This document shows positions 7,413 through 17,640 of a stretch of DNA of 36,240 bases, one piece after another (the stretch's first letter is position 1; each line of letters opens with the position of its first letter). Source of the DNA: an uncultured Myxococcales bacterium (GTDB taxonomy: Bacteria; Myxococcota_A; Polyangia; Nannocystales; Nannocystaceae); NCBI GenBank assembly GCA_965649595.1, contig CBFGLP010001568.1, positions 1-36,240 of the forward strand, read 5' to 3'. The position numbers and the translations under genes are program-made. The notes under the pieces are model-generated. The model had not been told where the DNA came from. It ran no database searches and was given only the letters and a program-made list of their open reading frames with translations.

Positions 7413-10400
7413 TCAGGGGTGGAAGAGCGCGAGCTCGATCAGCTCGGGGACCAGGAGATCGCGGATCCGGGCGGGGCAGCACGTGCTGCCTTGCTCGTCG
7501 CGCTCGATCAGACCGGCGGTGGCGAGGAAGTGTAGCCAGCGGTTCAACTCGTCGGGCTCGAGCGTGAGCTCGGCCGCGAGCTCGCTCGTGTGGCAGGGGC
7601 CGAAGCGGATCAGCAGCGCGAGCAGGTTGAGCGCGGTCGGGGGGAGCTGGCGGACGAACACGAGCCCGCGCGGGCGGTGAATCGGCGCGAGCGCGAGGGT
7701 CTGGTCGCGCAGCTCGGCGCGTCGGCACCACTCGGCGAGCGTGGCCCGCAGGTTGCCGCGGCCGCTGCGGGCGAGCTGAGCGAAGAACTGCCGCTCCTGC
7801 GAGCGGGTGCGCAGGCCGGGGATCCGAGTCAGGAGGCCGCGCAGGCGCGGCGCGGGCGGATAGGCGAGCGCGAGGCCGCTGATCCGGTGACGGGCGCTGA
7901 TGGTGGTCTCGAGCTCGCTGAGGTCGTGGCTGCCGAGCTCGAGCACGCCGGAGAAGCCGACGCGCAGGGCGAGCAGCGGATCGAGCAGGCGCTGCAGCTC
8001 GCGCTCGACGGCGACCAGCCAGAAGCACGAGCTCGCGGTCGCGGCGATCAGCTCGAGCAAGCGCTGGACTTCGGCGACCGCGGGGGCGCCGAGCGGCAGC
8101 AGGCGCTGAAGATCGTCGATCACGATCACGCGGGGGCGATCGTGGAGGCGGCGGAGCACCAGCTCGGTGCGGGCCGGGCAGCGAAGCTCGCCAGCGAGCG
8201 CGTCGAGCAGCCCGCGGCGGTGGTTGGGCAGCCAGAGGATCTCGCGGGTCGCGAGCTTGAGCTGAGCGACGGAGAGCAACGAGGTCTTGCCGGTTCCGGG
8301 TCCACCGATCACGAGCATCGCGTTGCCGGCCTCGTGATCGATCCAGCGCCGCTCGGCCCGCGTGACGACGCGCAGCGCCTCGCGGTTGGCGACGAAGAAG
8401 CGAGGATCGCGGATCGGCTGATCGGTGAACAGCGCGATGTACTCGCGCGGGAGGTGGCTGGGCGAGCCAGGTAGCAGCTCGGCGATCTCGTTGGCGGACA
8501 GCAGCGAGCGACCGGAGCGGAGCCGATAGTCCTGGCTCAGCGAGGCGGCGGCCGAGCTGACGCGCTGGATCAGGCGAGTGGCGGTCGCCGTGATCCGGTC
8601 GCGCAGCTCGGCTAGCCGGGTGACGATGCGCAGGCGCGCACGATCGGCGCGGCGGGACACCCACTGCGCGGCCTCGTTGGTCTCGGTCGCGTCGCTCAGC
8701 GCGGTCGCGACGTGCTTGGCGACCGCGTCGAAGTCGTCCTGGATCGTCTGGGCGGTCGTGCGCAGCTCGGTGATCGCTCGGTCGTGCAGCTCGCTCGCGC
8801 GGCCGAGGATTCGGTCGAGGCTGGTGCGAAGGGTGTCGAGCTCTGTCTCGCCGGGCTCGCGCGCGCGGTAGACCTCGAGCATCAGCTCGATGTCGCTGAC
8901 CAAGGTCGTGGCGGCCCTGACGGTCTCGTCGATCAGCGCGGCCGCGGCCTCGATGCGGGTCTGCGTGCGGGGGAGCAGACGACCGGAGATCTCGCCGTCG
9001 ATCAGCTCGCGGACATCGACCTCGCGGATGCGTAGGCGAGCAGGGACCGAGGCGGTCGCGACCAGCTCGGTGGCGGCGAGCGGGCGCGGGCCGGCTTCGC
9101 GGGCGAACAACTCGCGGACGGCCTGGCGGATCGCTCGCAGCTCGGCGACCCGACCGAGGCGCTGATCGAGCTGACGCAGGCGCTTGGCGGCGGGCTTGGG
9201 CAGGAGGCCGCGGCAGCGCATGCCGAGGCTCGTGAGCAGGGCGTCGAGCTGCTCGGGCGAGGGTGGGGCAGGGGACGAGCCGTCGTCGGAGCGGGGGGTG
9301 AGCTGCTCGCGGAGCTCGGCGAGCCGACGCTGATACACGCCGAGCTCCTCGTCGATCGCCTCGCATGCGCGCTCGAGCTCGCCGACGGTCGAGCGCCCGC
9401 CCGCGAGCTGAGCGTGGAGGACCTGGACGCGAGCCGTGACGGCGATCGATTGCCAGCAGGCGTCGAGCACGGTCGGCCAAGCCTCGGCTTCCTGCTGCAA
9501 GGTCGCGAGCTCGCGCTCGATCGCGCTGGCGACCTCGCTGAAGTCGAGCGCGCGGATCGGCATCGCTGGCGAGTCGATCCGGTCGAGGGTGATCCGCAGC
9601 GCTCGATCGGCGGAGGTCAACGCGGCGGTAGGCAGCGCGCGCGCGCTGGACTCGAAGTCGTCGAGCAAGGCGGCGACGCTCGGGTGGAGGTCCTCGGGCG
9701 CGAGCCCGCCGACCAGGCGCTTGCGCATCAGCTCGGCTAGCTGGGCGTCGCAGCGGCACGCGGCTCGGAACAGCTCGAGCATCGCGGTCGCGAGTCGCGG
9801 CTCGTAGGCGGTGCGGGCTGCGAGGCGCAGAGGGACGCGGCGACGGGCAGCCCGACGCCGACCGAGCCGGATGGCGAGCCGACGCAGCACCCGACGGGCT
9901 CGCTGCCACGCGGCCTCGTCGGGCCGCGGCTCCGACCAGCGAGGCTCGAGCGGGACGTCGCGCGAGAGCTCGAGCGCCTCGAGCCGGGCGGCCGCGAGCT
10001 CGAACGCGGTGGCGAGCGTGCGCGCGAACGCGAGGGCGTCCGCGGGCGGGTGGGTCTCGGCCGCGTCGGCGTAGAGCGTGGGCTCGGCGTCGACGGGCAG
10101 CCGAGCGAGCAGCCTGCGACGCTGCTGCAACCAAGGCTGAAGGAAGCGGACGAGCGCCAGGTCGAGCTCGCGGCCGAGCGTGCGTCGGAGCTCGCGGGTG
10201 CGGGCCTCGAGCTGGGCGTCGGCGAGGGTGATCGCGTCGCTATCGTCGGTGGCGTCGGCCGAAGCTGCGCTCGATTCGGCAGCGGCGGTCGTGTCGGGGA
10301 GCTCTCCAGCGCGCCGCAAGGCCGTACGCAGCAGCACCGGCCCGAGCAGCAGGTTGATCGCCACGATTGGCATGCCGAGCGCTTGGATCTGCTCGCCCAG

Positions 10401-11576
10401 CTCGGGCAGCTGAGCAACCGCGATGCCAACCAGCCCGAGCGTCACTCCGGCTTGCGGCAGGTACGCGTACCAGGCGTTCGCGCGGACGGCTTCGGACTCG
10501 CCACCGAAGCGATTGCCGAGCCCGGCCGCGAGCCAATAGGACAGCGCGCGGACGGCCACGAGCGCGAGCGCGACGGGCAACAGCGCCAGCGTGGCGCCGA
10601 GATCGACGCCCGCACCGGCGTTGGTGAAGAACACCACGAACACGGGCAGCGACACGAGCTGCAGCGGCGGCAGCAGATCGTGCTCGTAGTCCGAGAAGTT
10701 GCGGACGACGAAGCCCGCGGCGATGCAGACCAAGAGCAGCTCGAGGTGAAACGCGGCGGACAGCTCGGCGACGACCAGCACGAGCGCCGCCACGAAGAGC
10801 AGCATCTCGGCCTTGATCCAGCGGATGTAGGCGATCAGCAGGCCACCGATCGCGGCGCCGACGACCAGCGAGAGGCCGAGCTCGGCAGCAACGTGGAGCA
10901 CGACGCTGGCTTCGATCGCTTCACCCCCGACGAGCGCGTGTGCGATCGCGACGCAGAGCGCGAGCGTCACGACCACGACGAGGTCCTTGAGCACGGCGGC
11001 GCCGAGGACCAGATCGGCGAGCCGTCCCTTGGCGCGGCTCTCGGCGATGATCGCCAGCGAGATCGAGGGCGAGGTCCCGAGCGCCAGCGCTCCGAACACG
11101 AGCCCGAGCCCGATCACGAGGTTCAGGTCGCTCAGCCCCAAGGGGTGAAAGGTCAGCTCGATGCCGATCAGTGCGCCGGCGACCAGCGGGACGCTGAGCA
11201 CGAGCTTGGCGAGCGTGGTGGTGCCGAGCGTGGCGAAGAGCCGACGCAGGCTGGTCAGCTCGAGCTCGAGCCCCGCGGTCAGGGCGATCAGCCCGAGCGC
11301 GAGGGTGTTGAACATCCGCATCTCGTCGACGACCGCGAGCGAGAGCACGTTGGCCGCATAGGGGCCCAGCAGCACACCGGACAGGATGTAGCCGGTGACC
11401 TTGGGTAGGCCGGCGCGGGCGAGCAGCTCGGCGATCGCGAACGCAGCGAGGATCACGAAGCCGATCGCGGCGAGCGTGAGCGGATCGGACGCGCCGGGCT
11501 GCGTGGCGCTGGTCTCGAGCGCGCGCAGGCCCAGCATCAGGAAGAGCAGGCCGACGACGACGAAGATCCGTTTCAT
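7413..11576 (-). CDS. Cation:proton antiporter (CPA-like) fused to a long helical region, P-loop NTPase and C-terminal winged helix (1387 aa)
   Basis: The true start is ATG 11576 (ATGA overlap with the trkH stop); the 1822-aa ORF extension upstream is shadow. The first ~430 aa form a multi-TM CPA domain (LPKVTGYILSGVLLGP, TSPS, PQAGVTLGL). Walker A is GGPGTGKTS, Walker B is VIVIDD, and the end is wHTH-like (GPCHTSELAAEL...LHFLATAGLI). Confidence 0.8.
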   Translation of the reverse strand: MKRIFVVVGLLFLMLGLRALETSATQPGASDPLTLAAIGFVILAAFAIAELLARAGLPKVTGYILSGVLLGPYAANVLSLAVVDEMRMFNTLALGLIALTAGLELELTSLRRLFATLGTTTLAKLVLSVPLVAGALIGIELTFHPLGLSDLNLVIGLGLVFGALALGTSPSISLAIIAESRAKGRLADLVLGAAVLKDLVVVVTLALCVAIAHALVGGEAIEASVVLHVAAELGLSLVVGAAIGGLLIAYIRWIKAEMLLFVAALVLVVAELSAAFHLELLLVCIAAGFVVRNFSDYEHDLLPPLQLVSLPVFVVFFTNAGAGVDLGATLALLPVALALVAVRALSYWLAAGLGNRFGGESEAVRANAWYAYLPQAGVTLGLVGIAVAQLPELGEQIQALGMPIVAINLLLGPVLLRTALRRAGELPDTTAAAESSAASADATDDSDAITLADAQLEARTRELRRTLGRELDLALVRFLQPWLQQRRRLLARLPVDAEPTLYADAAETHPPADALAFARTLATAFELAAARLEALELSRDVPLEPRWSEPRPDEAAWQRARRVLRRLAIRLGRRRAARRRVPLRLAARTAYEPRLATAMLELFRAACRCDAQLAELMRKRLVGGLAPEDLHPSVAALLDDFESSARALPTAALTSADRALRITLDRIDSPAMPIRALDFSEVASAIERELATLQQEAEAWPTVLDACWQSIAVTARVQVLHAQLAGGRSTVGELERACEAIDEELGVYQRRLAELREQLTPRSDDGSSPAPPSPEQLDALLTSLGMRCRGLLPKPAAKRLRQLDQRLGRVAELRAIRQAVRELFAREAGPRPLAATELVATASVPARLRIREVDVRELIDGEISGRLLPRTQTRIEAAAALIDETVRAATTLVSDIELMLEVYRAREPGETELDTLRTSLDRILGRASELHDRAITELRTTAQTIQDDFDAVAKHVATALSDATETNEAAQWVSRRADRARLRIVTRLAELRDRITATATRLIQRVSSAAASLSQDYRLRSGRSLLSANEIAELLPGSPSHLPREYIALFTDQPIRDPRFFVANREALRVVTRAERRWIDHEAGNAMLVIGGPGTGKTSLLSVAQLKLATREILWLPNHRRGLLDALAGELRCPARTELVLRRLHDRPRVIVIDDLQRLLPLGAPAVAEVQRLLELIAATASSCFWLVAVERELQRLLDPLLALRVGFSGVLELGSHDLSELETTISARHRISGLALAYPPAPRLRGLLTRIPGLRTRSQERQFFAQLARSGRGNLRATLAEWCRRAELRDQTLALAPIHRPRGLVFVRQLPPTALNLLALLIRFGPCHTSELAAELTLEPDELNRWLHFLATAGLIERDEQGSTCCPARIRDLLVPELIELALFHP

Positions 11577-13018
11577 CGGCGCCACAGCTCCCGCGAGAAC
11601 ACGCTGAGCAGCACGAAGATCTCGAGCCGGCCGGCGATCATGCACCCGGACAGGACCAGCTGGCCGAGCGGGGGGACGCTGGCGAAGTTCTGGGTCGGCC
11701 CGACGGTGCCGAGCCCAGGGCCGACACTCGACAGGCACGCGACGGTGCCGGTCATCGCCGAGATCAAGTCGAGCCCGAGCGCGACCAGGATCGTCGACGC
11801 GACCATGAAGATCGCCATGTAGGCGGCGAAGAACACCAGCACGCCCGAGACGATCTGCGGCGGGATCGCTACTCGCCCGAGCTTGATCGTCGCGACCACG
11901 TTGGGGCTGGTCGCGGCCCGGATCTCGCGGCCGATGATCTTGAGCAGCAAGAGCACGCGCACGGCCTTGAGCCCGCCTGCGGTCGAGCCAGCGCAGCCGC
12001 CCATGAACATGCACAGGAAGAGCAGGTAGCGGGCGAGGTCCGGGTAGGTGTCGAAGTCCTCCGTCATGTACCCGCTCGTGCTGGTGATCACGAGCACCTG
12101 AAAGCTGGCGAAGCGCATCGACTCGCCGACGCTCGGGTGGCGGTCCCAGATCGACCAGGCGATGATCACCGAGACCAGCAGGTTGACCGCGAAGAAGAAG
12201 CGCAGCTCGGGGTTGTCCCACAAGTCGCGCCAGCGTCCGCGCAAGGCCATGTAGTAGAGCCCGAAGTTGGACCCGGCGATGAACATGAAGATGATCGTCA
12301 CCCAGTCGATGTACGCACTCTGGTAGTGGCCGATGCTCGCGACCTTGGTCGAGAACCCGCCGGTCCCGAGCGTCGACATCGCGTGACAGATCGCGTCGAA
12401 CACCGGCATGCCGCCCGCGATGTAGAGCAGCGCGCAGAGCAGCGTGATCCCACCGTAGATCCACCACAGCGCGAGCGCGGTCTGCTTGATGCGCGGGCGC
12501 AGGCCCTCCGCCTGGGGACCGGGGACCTCGACCCGAAACAGCTGCTTGGCACCCACGCCGAGCTGCGGGAACACGGCGACGAAGAGCACGACGATGCCCA
12601 TGCCGCCGATGAAGTGCATCTCGCAGCGCCACAGGTTGGTCGCGCGGGTCAGCTTCTCGACGTCGGGGACCACGCTGCCGCCGGAGGTGGTGAAGCCCGA
12701 GACCGCTTCGAAGATCGCCGCGGCTGGCTGGGGGATCGAGCCCTCGATCACGAAGGGCATCCCGCCGAAGATGCCCATCGCGATCCAGATCAGCACGACC
12801 ACTCCGATCGCGTCCTTGCGGTGGAGCTGATCGTCGGCGTTGCGACCGAGCCGACGCAGCAACCAGGCCACCAGCGCGCACGCGAGCATCGAGACCGAGT
12901 AGGCGAACGCGCTGAGCGGCTCGCCGTCGTAGAGCGCGAGCAGGGTCGGCGCGAGCAGGGTCACCGCGACCAGCCCGAGCAGCGGAGCCGACAGACGAGC
13001 GACGGCGTGGAGGTTCAC
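11573..13018 (-). CDS. trkH: Trk system potassium uptake membrane protein TrkH
   Basis: Four pore-loop motifs ([32 protein letters not shown]), plus [20 protein letters not shown] and IAGRLEI. Confidence 0.95.
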   Translation of the reverse strand: MNLHAVARLSAPLLGLVAVTLLAPTLLALYDGEPLSAFAYSVSMLACALVAWLLRRLGRNADDQLHRKDAIGVVVLIWIAMGIFGGMPFVIEGSIPQPAAAIFEAVSGFTTSGGSVVPDVEKLTRATNLWRCEMHFIGGMGIVVLFVAVFPQLGVGAKQLFRVEVPGPQAEGLRPRIKQTALALWWIYGGITLLCALLYIAGGMPVFDAICHAMSTLGTGGFSTKVASIGHYQSAYIDWVTIIFMFIAGSNFGLYYMALRGRWRDLWDNPELRFFFAVNLLVSVIIAWSIWDRHPSVGESMRFASFQVLVITSTSGYMTEDFDTYPDLARYLLFLCMFMGGCAGSTAGGLKAVRVLLLLKIIGREIRAATSPNVVATIKLGRVAIPPQIVSGVLVFFAAYMAIFMVASTILVALGLDLISAMTGTVACLSSVGPGLGTVGPTQNFASVPPLGQLVLSGCMIAGRLEIFVLLSVFSRELWRR

Positions 13019-14343
13019 GAGCCCGACCTCCGTGCGCGCTGCAGCGACTTCTCGAGCAGGGCCATGCGCGCGGATGGGAGCGCGACGATCACGTGCTCGC
13101 CGGTGGTCAGGTTGCTGCGCTGGCGTGCGGAGCGGATCCGCTGTCCGGCGATCGCCAGCGGGACCGAGCCGGGCGGAAGCGGCAGATCGGCGATCCGTTC
13201 AGCCAACCCTTCGGGCCGCAGCTCGACGATCTCGATCCCGAGCTCGGGCAGCGCCGAGCGACCGACCAGCGCCCCGCTCGGCAGCAGCCAGTGGATCACC
13301 TGTGCGATGGTCTCGTGCGGGCTGACGGTCCCCGACACCCCGAGGTGCGAGTACACGCCCGCGTAGCCGGGCCGATGCACGAGCGCGAACACGTGGTCGA
13401 CGCCCAGCTCGCGGGCGAGCAGCGAGGTCATCAGGTTGGCCTCGTCGGAGCCGGTCACGGCCAGCAGCGCGTCGGAGCGGCCGACCTGCTCCTCGCGCAA
13501 GAACGAGAGGTTGGTCCCGTCACCGTGCAGGACCTGGACGCCGTGTAGCTGCTCGGCGAGCGCCCAGCAGCGCTGGCGATCGCGCTCGATCAAGCGATCC
13601 AGCAGATCCTTGGGCCCGAGCAGCTTGGCTAGCTGGGCCCCGACGTCGCCACCTCCGACGATCGTCGTTCGCACGCGGCCCGAGTCCGGCGTGAGATCCT
13701 GGAGGACCTCGAGCACGGTCATCGGCGCGCCGCAAATGATCGCTACGTCGCCGAGCTCGGCGTGCTCGATCTCGGCGACCGAGCGGAGGTGACCGGCTCG
13801 CACGATCGCCGCGATCGGCTCGGGCCAGCTGGTCGAGCGCCCGCGGCTGCGCAGCAAGGGCGAGTCCTCGCCGAGCCGATGCGTGGCCACGTGCACGAGC
13901 CCAGCGGCGGCCGGGACCACGTGCTGGGCTCGCACGCCCGCGAGCATGCGCAGCAGCTCGACGCCGACCAGGCGGCTCGCGCACAGGACCGCGTCGATGC
14001 CGAGCACGCCGCCCTCGAACCCGAGCGGGGTCGCAAAGAAGCTCGGATCGTCGACGCGCGCGACCGTCTGGCGGGCGCCCATGTGCTTGGCCAGCGCCGC
14101 GCAGACGATGTTGAGCGAGTCGTGGGGGGTGACCGCGACCACGAGATCCGCCCGCTCGACCTCGGCCCGCGCGAGCACGTCGCGGTGCGACGCGTCGCCG
14201 GGGAGCGAGAGCGCGTCGATGCCCTCCTCGGCGGCCGCGAGCGCGTTGGCATCGGCGTCGACCAGGATCAGCTCGGCCTCGTGTTGCAGCGAGCGTGCGA
14301 GGTGACGACCGACCTCACCGACGCCGACGATCACCACCCTCAT
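13015..14343 (-). CDS. trkA: Trk system potassium uptake regulatory subunit TrkA (two RCK domains)
   Basis: Two Rossmann motifs (VIVGVGEVG and IVGGGDVG), HGDGT and VTGSDEANL; 4-nt overlaps with both neighbours. Confidence 0.92.
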   Translation of the reverse strand: MRVVIVGVGEVGRHLARSLQHEAELILVDADANALAAAEEGIDALSLPGDASHRDVLARAEVERADLVVAVTPHDSLNIVCAALAKHMGARQTVARVDDPSFFATPLGFEGGVLGIDAVLCASRLVGVELLRMLAGVRAQHVVPAAAGLVHVATHRLGEDSPLLRSRGRSTSWPEPIAAIVRAGHLRSVAEIEHAELGDVAIICGAPMTVLEVLQDLTPDSGRVRTTIVGGGDVGAQLAKLLGPKDLLDRLIERDRQRCWALAEQLHGVQVLHGDGTNLSFLREEQVGRSDALLAVTGSDEANLMTSLLARELGVDHVFALVHRPGYAGVYSHLGVSGTVSPHETIAQVIHWLLPSGALVGRSALPELGIEIVELRPEGLAERIADLPLPPGSVPLAIAGQRIRSARQRSNLTTGEHVIVALPSARMALLEKSLQRARRSGS

Positions 14344-15677
14344 CGCTCGACCTCCTCACCCGCGTCGCGCTCGACTGGCTCTGCCGGCTCGGCTGGCTCG
14401 GCTGCGACCGTCGCGACGGGGGCCGGCGGTCGTGGACGGATCGCTCCGGCGTTGGCGAGCACCCGCCGCAGCGAGCGGAACGAGAACACGTCGAACACCA
14501 ACATCGGGACCAACACCGCGCTCATCACCAGTGGGCTCGTGTCTGGGTGCCGCTGCGCGTAGCTCAGCCCGATCGCGGCCGCGAGCGCGCCTTGCCCGAG
14601 CAGCCCTGCGCCGAGCCGACGGAACTCGGCCCCGTGCACGAAGGTCATGACCGCCCAGTGGGTCGCGACCAGCCGCACGCCCAGGCGCACGAGCAGGTAG
14701 GCCGCAGGCACCAGCCACGCCCAGCCGAGCACCGGCTGCCAGGCGATGCCCGCGAACACCAAGAGCAGGACCGAGACCGGCCGCTTGAGCGGCTCGAGGT
14801 TGACCTGCAGGCGATCGGCGTGGCTCGACGTCCCCGCGACGGTCAGCCCCGCGACCAGGTTGACGAACAGCGAGGAGACCCCGAGCGCAGCTCCGATCCC
14901 GGCCGCGAAGATCACCGCGCCGATCGTCGCGACGTAGAGGCGCACGTCATCCTCGGCGCCGCCGATGAAGATCGTGAACAGCAGGCCCGAGACGGCCCCC
15001 GCGGCGCCGATCAGGAGCGCCCACTCGGCGAGGCTGAGCCCGTGCAGATCCGCGGCCTCGGCCCGATCGCCCGCGAGCGCGAACCCGCAGGCGACGACCG
15101 CCAGCACCTGGCCCGCGCTGGCGAGGTCTCCGAGCAGCTCGACCACGCTGCCCTCCGCGCGCCAGCGCTGCACCCCTTCGGTGATCGCCGACGACGAGGC
15201 GACCGCCGCCGCAGCGCCGAGCGTGAGCGAGAGCCACAGCGCGTCGTCGGCCGCCCAGATTTGATAGAGCCGCTCGCCGTCGGTCCACACCGGGATCTCC
15301 ACGCGCGGATCCGGAGCGCTCAGGTAGCTGGGCTCGAGCCACTGGATCAGCCCCAGGCAGGCGATCGTCACCGCGAGCGCGACGGCCAGGCTCGCCAGCG
15401 AGCCAGCCAAGAAGTGCTCGAAGCGACGCAGGGCCGCGCGTGCGTGCAGCCCGACCATGAAGCCGAGCAAGCCGAGCAGCAGCGTGACCAGCAGATCGAG
15501 CGACACCCAGGTCTGCTCGTCGACGAGGCCGAAGGGGGCGAGCGGTCCGATCAGCACGCCGACGAGCACGTACTCGCTGCCCGACACCATCGCGAGGCGA
15601 TCGGCGTAGCGGTGCAGGAATCGGCTGACGACGAACGCGAAGACGATCAGCGCGACGAGGACGAGGGTGGTGTTCAC
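14340..15677 (-). CDS. Cation:proton antiporter (CPA/Kef-like) membrane protein
   Basis: About 12-13 hydrophobic segments; motifs SGSEYVLVGVLIGP, LLGFMVGL, VSSLFVNLVAG and LLGQGALAAAIGL. First gene of the coupled operon. Confidence 0.72.
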   Translation of the reverse strand: MNTTLVLVALIVFAFVVSRFLHRYADRLAMVSGSEYVLVGVLIGPLAPFGLVDEQTWVSLDLLVTLLLGLLGFMVGLHARAALRRFEHFLAGSLASLAVALAVTIACLGLIQWLEPSYLSAPDPRVEIPVWTDGERLYQIWAADDALWLSLTLGAAAAVASSSAITEGVQRWRAEGSVVELLGDLASAGQVLAVVACGFALAGDRAEAADLHGLSLAEWALLIGAAGAVSGLLFTIFIGGAEDDVRLYVATIGAVIFAAGIGAALGVSSLFVNLVAGLTVAGTSSHADRLQVNLEPLKRPVSVLLLVFAGIAWQPVLGWAWLVPAAYLLVRLGVRLVATHWAVMTFVHGAEFRRLGAGLLGQGALAAAIGLSYAQRHPDTSPLVMSAVLVPMLVFDVFSFRSLRRVLANAGAIRPRPPAPVATVAAEPAEPAEPVERDAGEEVER

Positions 15678-15894
15678 GAGGAGGCGAGCACCATGTTCCC
15701 ACCGGACTGTGCGGACGGATATCTGAACATCGAGCTAGCACCGAGCCCCTCGCGGGGCCGGTATGGTGGAAAGTGGGTCACCGTGGTTACTGATCGCGCA
15801 ACTCACAGATCGACACCTCCGTGTCGTCCAGCCGCTCACCATGGTTCTCCGTCCGAGATCGCGTGGTGAGCGGGACGGTCAGCGGTCGCGCTGC

Positions 15895-16422
15895 TCAGCC
15901 CGACTCGCTGGTGCGGATGCTGATGATGCCGTCTCCGAAGCCCAGCTCGCAGCTCACGATGTATTGGCCGTAGTCGAACTCGGTGAAGTCGTCGAGGCCG
16001 AGGTGCAGGCTCATCGGCCCCAGGTCGTTGGGCGCATCTCGACACTCGACGTCGAACGAGCCGCCGCCGAGCGACACGGAGTAGACGCAGCAGCGGGGCG
16101 GCTGGGTGGGCTCATCATCCGTGTTGTTCACCCGCACCCAGACGTCGTCCAACGTGCCGGTGACCTCGTCGCGCATCAGCGGACAGAAGAAGGTCCGGTA
16201 GTCTCCATTGGTGAACTGCACGACCTCGCGGACGCCGAGCAACGCGCGTGGGTCATCGGGGTCGAAGGCGGGCGTCGGGGCGCAGACCTGCGGCGCGAAG
16301 ATCTTGTCGTCGGCGTTGGCGATCCGAGGCCCCCGCTCGTGTGCGACGATCAACCCCACGAGCAGACCGCAGAGGGTGACGAGCCCGACGACCCGAGGGC
16401 GGCTGTTATTGTAGTGTTTCAT
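15895..16422 (-). CDS. Secreted 6-Cys acidic protein, array family A, copy A1
   Basis: AGGAGA RBS, ATG 16422 and a signal peptide. Family motifs ADDKIFAPQxC, FxCPLxRD, GTLDDVWVRV, PPRCC, DDFTEFDYG, CELG and SIRTSES. Confidence 0.85.
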   Translation of the reverse strand: MKHYNNSRPRVVGLVTLCGLLVGLIVAHERGPRIANADDKIFAPQVCAPTPAFDPDDPRALLGVREVVQFTNGDYRTFFCPLMRDEVTGTLDDVWVRVNNTDDEPTQPPRCCVYSVSLGGGSFDVECRDAPNDLGPMSLHLGLDDFTEFDYGQYIVSCELGFGDGIISIRTSESG

Positions 16423-16457
16423 GGCTGTCTCCTGCGCTCGTTGTCCTGCGTAATCAC

Positions 16458-16991
16458 TCAGGGGGATTCGCTGGTGCGAATGCTGCGGATGCTGTCTTCG
16501 AGGCCTAGCTCGCAAGTCACCGTGTAGTGTCCGTAGTCGAACTCGGTGAAGTCATCGAGCGTCAGGCGCAGGCTCATGTCACCGTCGACGTCGGGTGTAG
16601 CTCGACATTCGAAGTCGTATCCGCTGCCGCCGAGCGATACCGAGTGAACGCAGCAACGCGGTGGCGTGCCCGCCTCGTCCTCCTGGCTCTCATTGCTCAC
16701 CCGCACCCAGACGTCGTCGAGCGTGCCGGTGACCGCGTCGCGCACCAGCGGACAAATGAAGGTCTGGTAGGCCAAGCTCTCGGTCTGCTCGAACCCTACA
16801 GATCCGATCCCCGCGTTCCCGAACCCACCAGTATCGGGGTCGATCGGAACGCAGTACTGGATAGCGAAGATCTTGTCGTCGGCCGCGGCGGTCGGCAGCC
16901 CGTGCTCGCGCGCGACGACGAGCCCGAGGGCCAGGCCCGAGAGGGCGAGGAATCCAGCGACGAATCGAGGGTGTTGCTCGTGGTATTTCAT
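16458..16991 (-). CDS. Secreted 6-Cys acidic protein, family A, copy A2
   Basis: GAGGAGGG RBS; ATG 16991 (MKYHEQHPRF); same family motifs. Confidence 0.85.
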   Translation of the reverse strand: MKYHEQHPRFVAGFLALSGLALGLVVAREHGLPTAAADDKIFAIQYCVPIDPDTGGFGNAGIGSVGFEQTESLAYQTFICPLVRDAVTGTLDDVWVRVSNESQEDEAGTPPRCCVHSVSLGGSGYDFECRATPDVDGDMSLRLTLDDFTEFDYGHYTVTCELGLEDSIRSIRTSESP

Positions 16992-17001
16992 GGCTCCCTC
17001 C

Positions 17002-17541
17002 TCACGGAGACTCGCTGGTGCGGATGCCGATGATGGTGTCGCCATCGCCCAGATCACAATCGACGGTATAGTGGCCGTAGTCGAACTCGGTGAAATCACT
17101 CAAGGTGAAGTGGAGGCTCAGCTGACCCTCGACATCGGGCGCGGTCCGGCACTCGAAGTCGGACATGCTGGCGCCGATCGATATCGAGTTCACGCAGCAA
17201 CGCGGCGGCGTGTCCTCGACGGGGCTATCGTTGAACACACGCACCCAGACATCGTCGAGCGTGCCAGTGACCTCGTCTCGCACCAGCGGGCAGATGAACG
17301 TCTGGTAGCCCTCCACGGTGTTCTGCTCGATATCGTAGAAGTGGATCTCTGCGCGACCGATTCCGCCGACGTCCGGGTCCTCGGGCACGCAGGACTGCGG
17401 CGCGAAGATCTTGTCGTCGGCCGCCATCGCGGTCTGGGCTCCGTGCTCATGGGTCATGAGCCCGCCCAGGACCAGGCCAGAGAAGGTGATGAGCCCGGCG
17501 ACGACTCGAGCGTGGTTCCCGTGGTTCTTCATGGGCTTCAT
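17002..17541 (-). CDS. Secreted 6-Cys acidic protein, family A, copy A3
   Basis: ATG 17541 (MKPMKNHGNH), alternative start 17532; same family motifs. Confidence 0.85.
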   Translation of the reverse strand: MKPMKNHGNHARVVAGLITFSGLVLGGLMTHEHGAQTAMAADDKIFAPQSCVPEDPDVGGIGRAEIHFYDIEQNTVEGYQTFICPLVRDEVTGTLDDVWVRVFNDSPVEDTPPRCCVNSISIGASMSDFECRTAPDVEGQLSLHFTLSDFTEFDYGHYTVDCDLGDGDTIIGIRTSESP

Positions 17542-17640
17542 GGCTGTTTCACGTCTGACTGTTTCGTGCCCTGCTGGTTCGTGTTCGGTTGTTTTTCGTT
17601 CTGCCCTGCTCGACTCAGCGTGGCAGCGAGTGTCCGTCGC
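17401..17640 (-). repeat. Inverted repeat copy (B 3' end + 73-bp spacer + A 5' end); partner at ~23264-23503
   Basis: The spacers have the same length and share an identical 25-mer (17560-17584 vs 23320-23344). About 8 mismatches in the first 141 coding nt of A3 vs A6 (manual count). Confidence 0.85.

Noticed and set aside
7357-10134. 925-aa Arg/Ala/Pro-rich ORF and many similar long overlapping ORFs (e.g. 14295-15869, 28155-29774, 10050-11408)
   Set aside because: Off-frame or antisense shadows expected in high-GC DNA; they have no motifs and overlap better-supported genes.
11577-12881. N-terminal ~435 aa of the 1822-aa ORF
   Set aside because: Arg-rich alternative-frame shadow of trkH; the real start is ATG 11576, coupled to the trkH stop.
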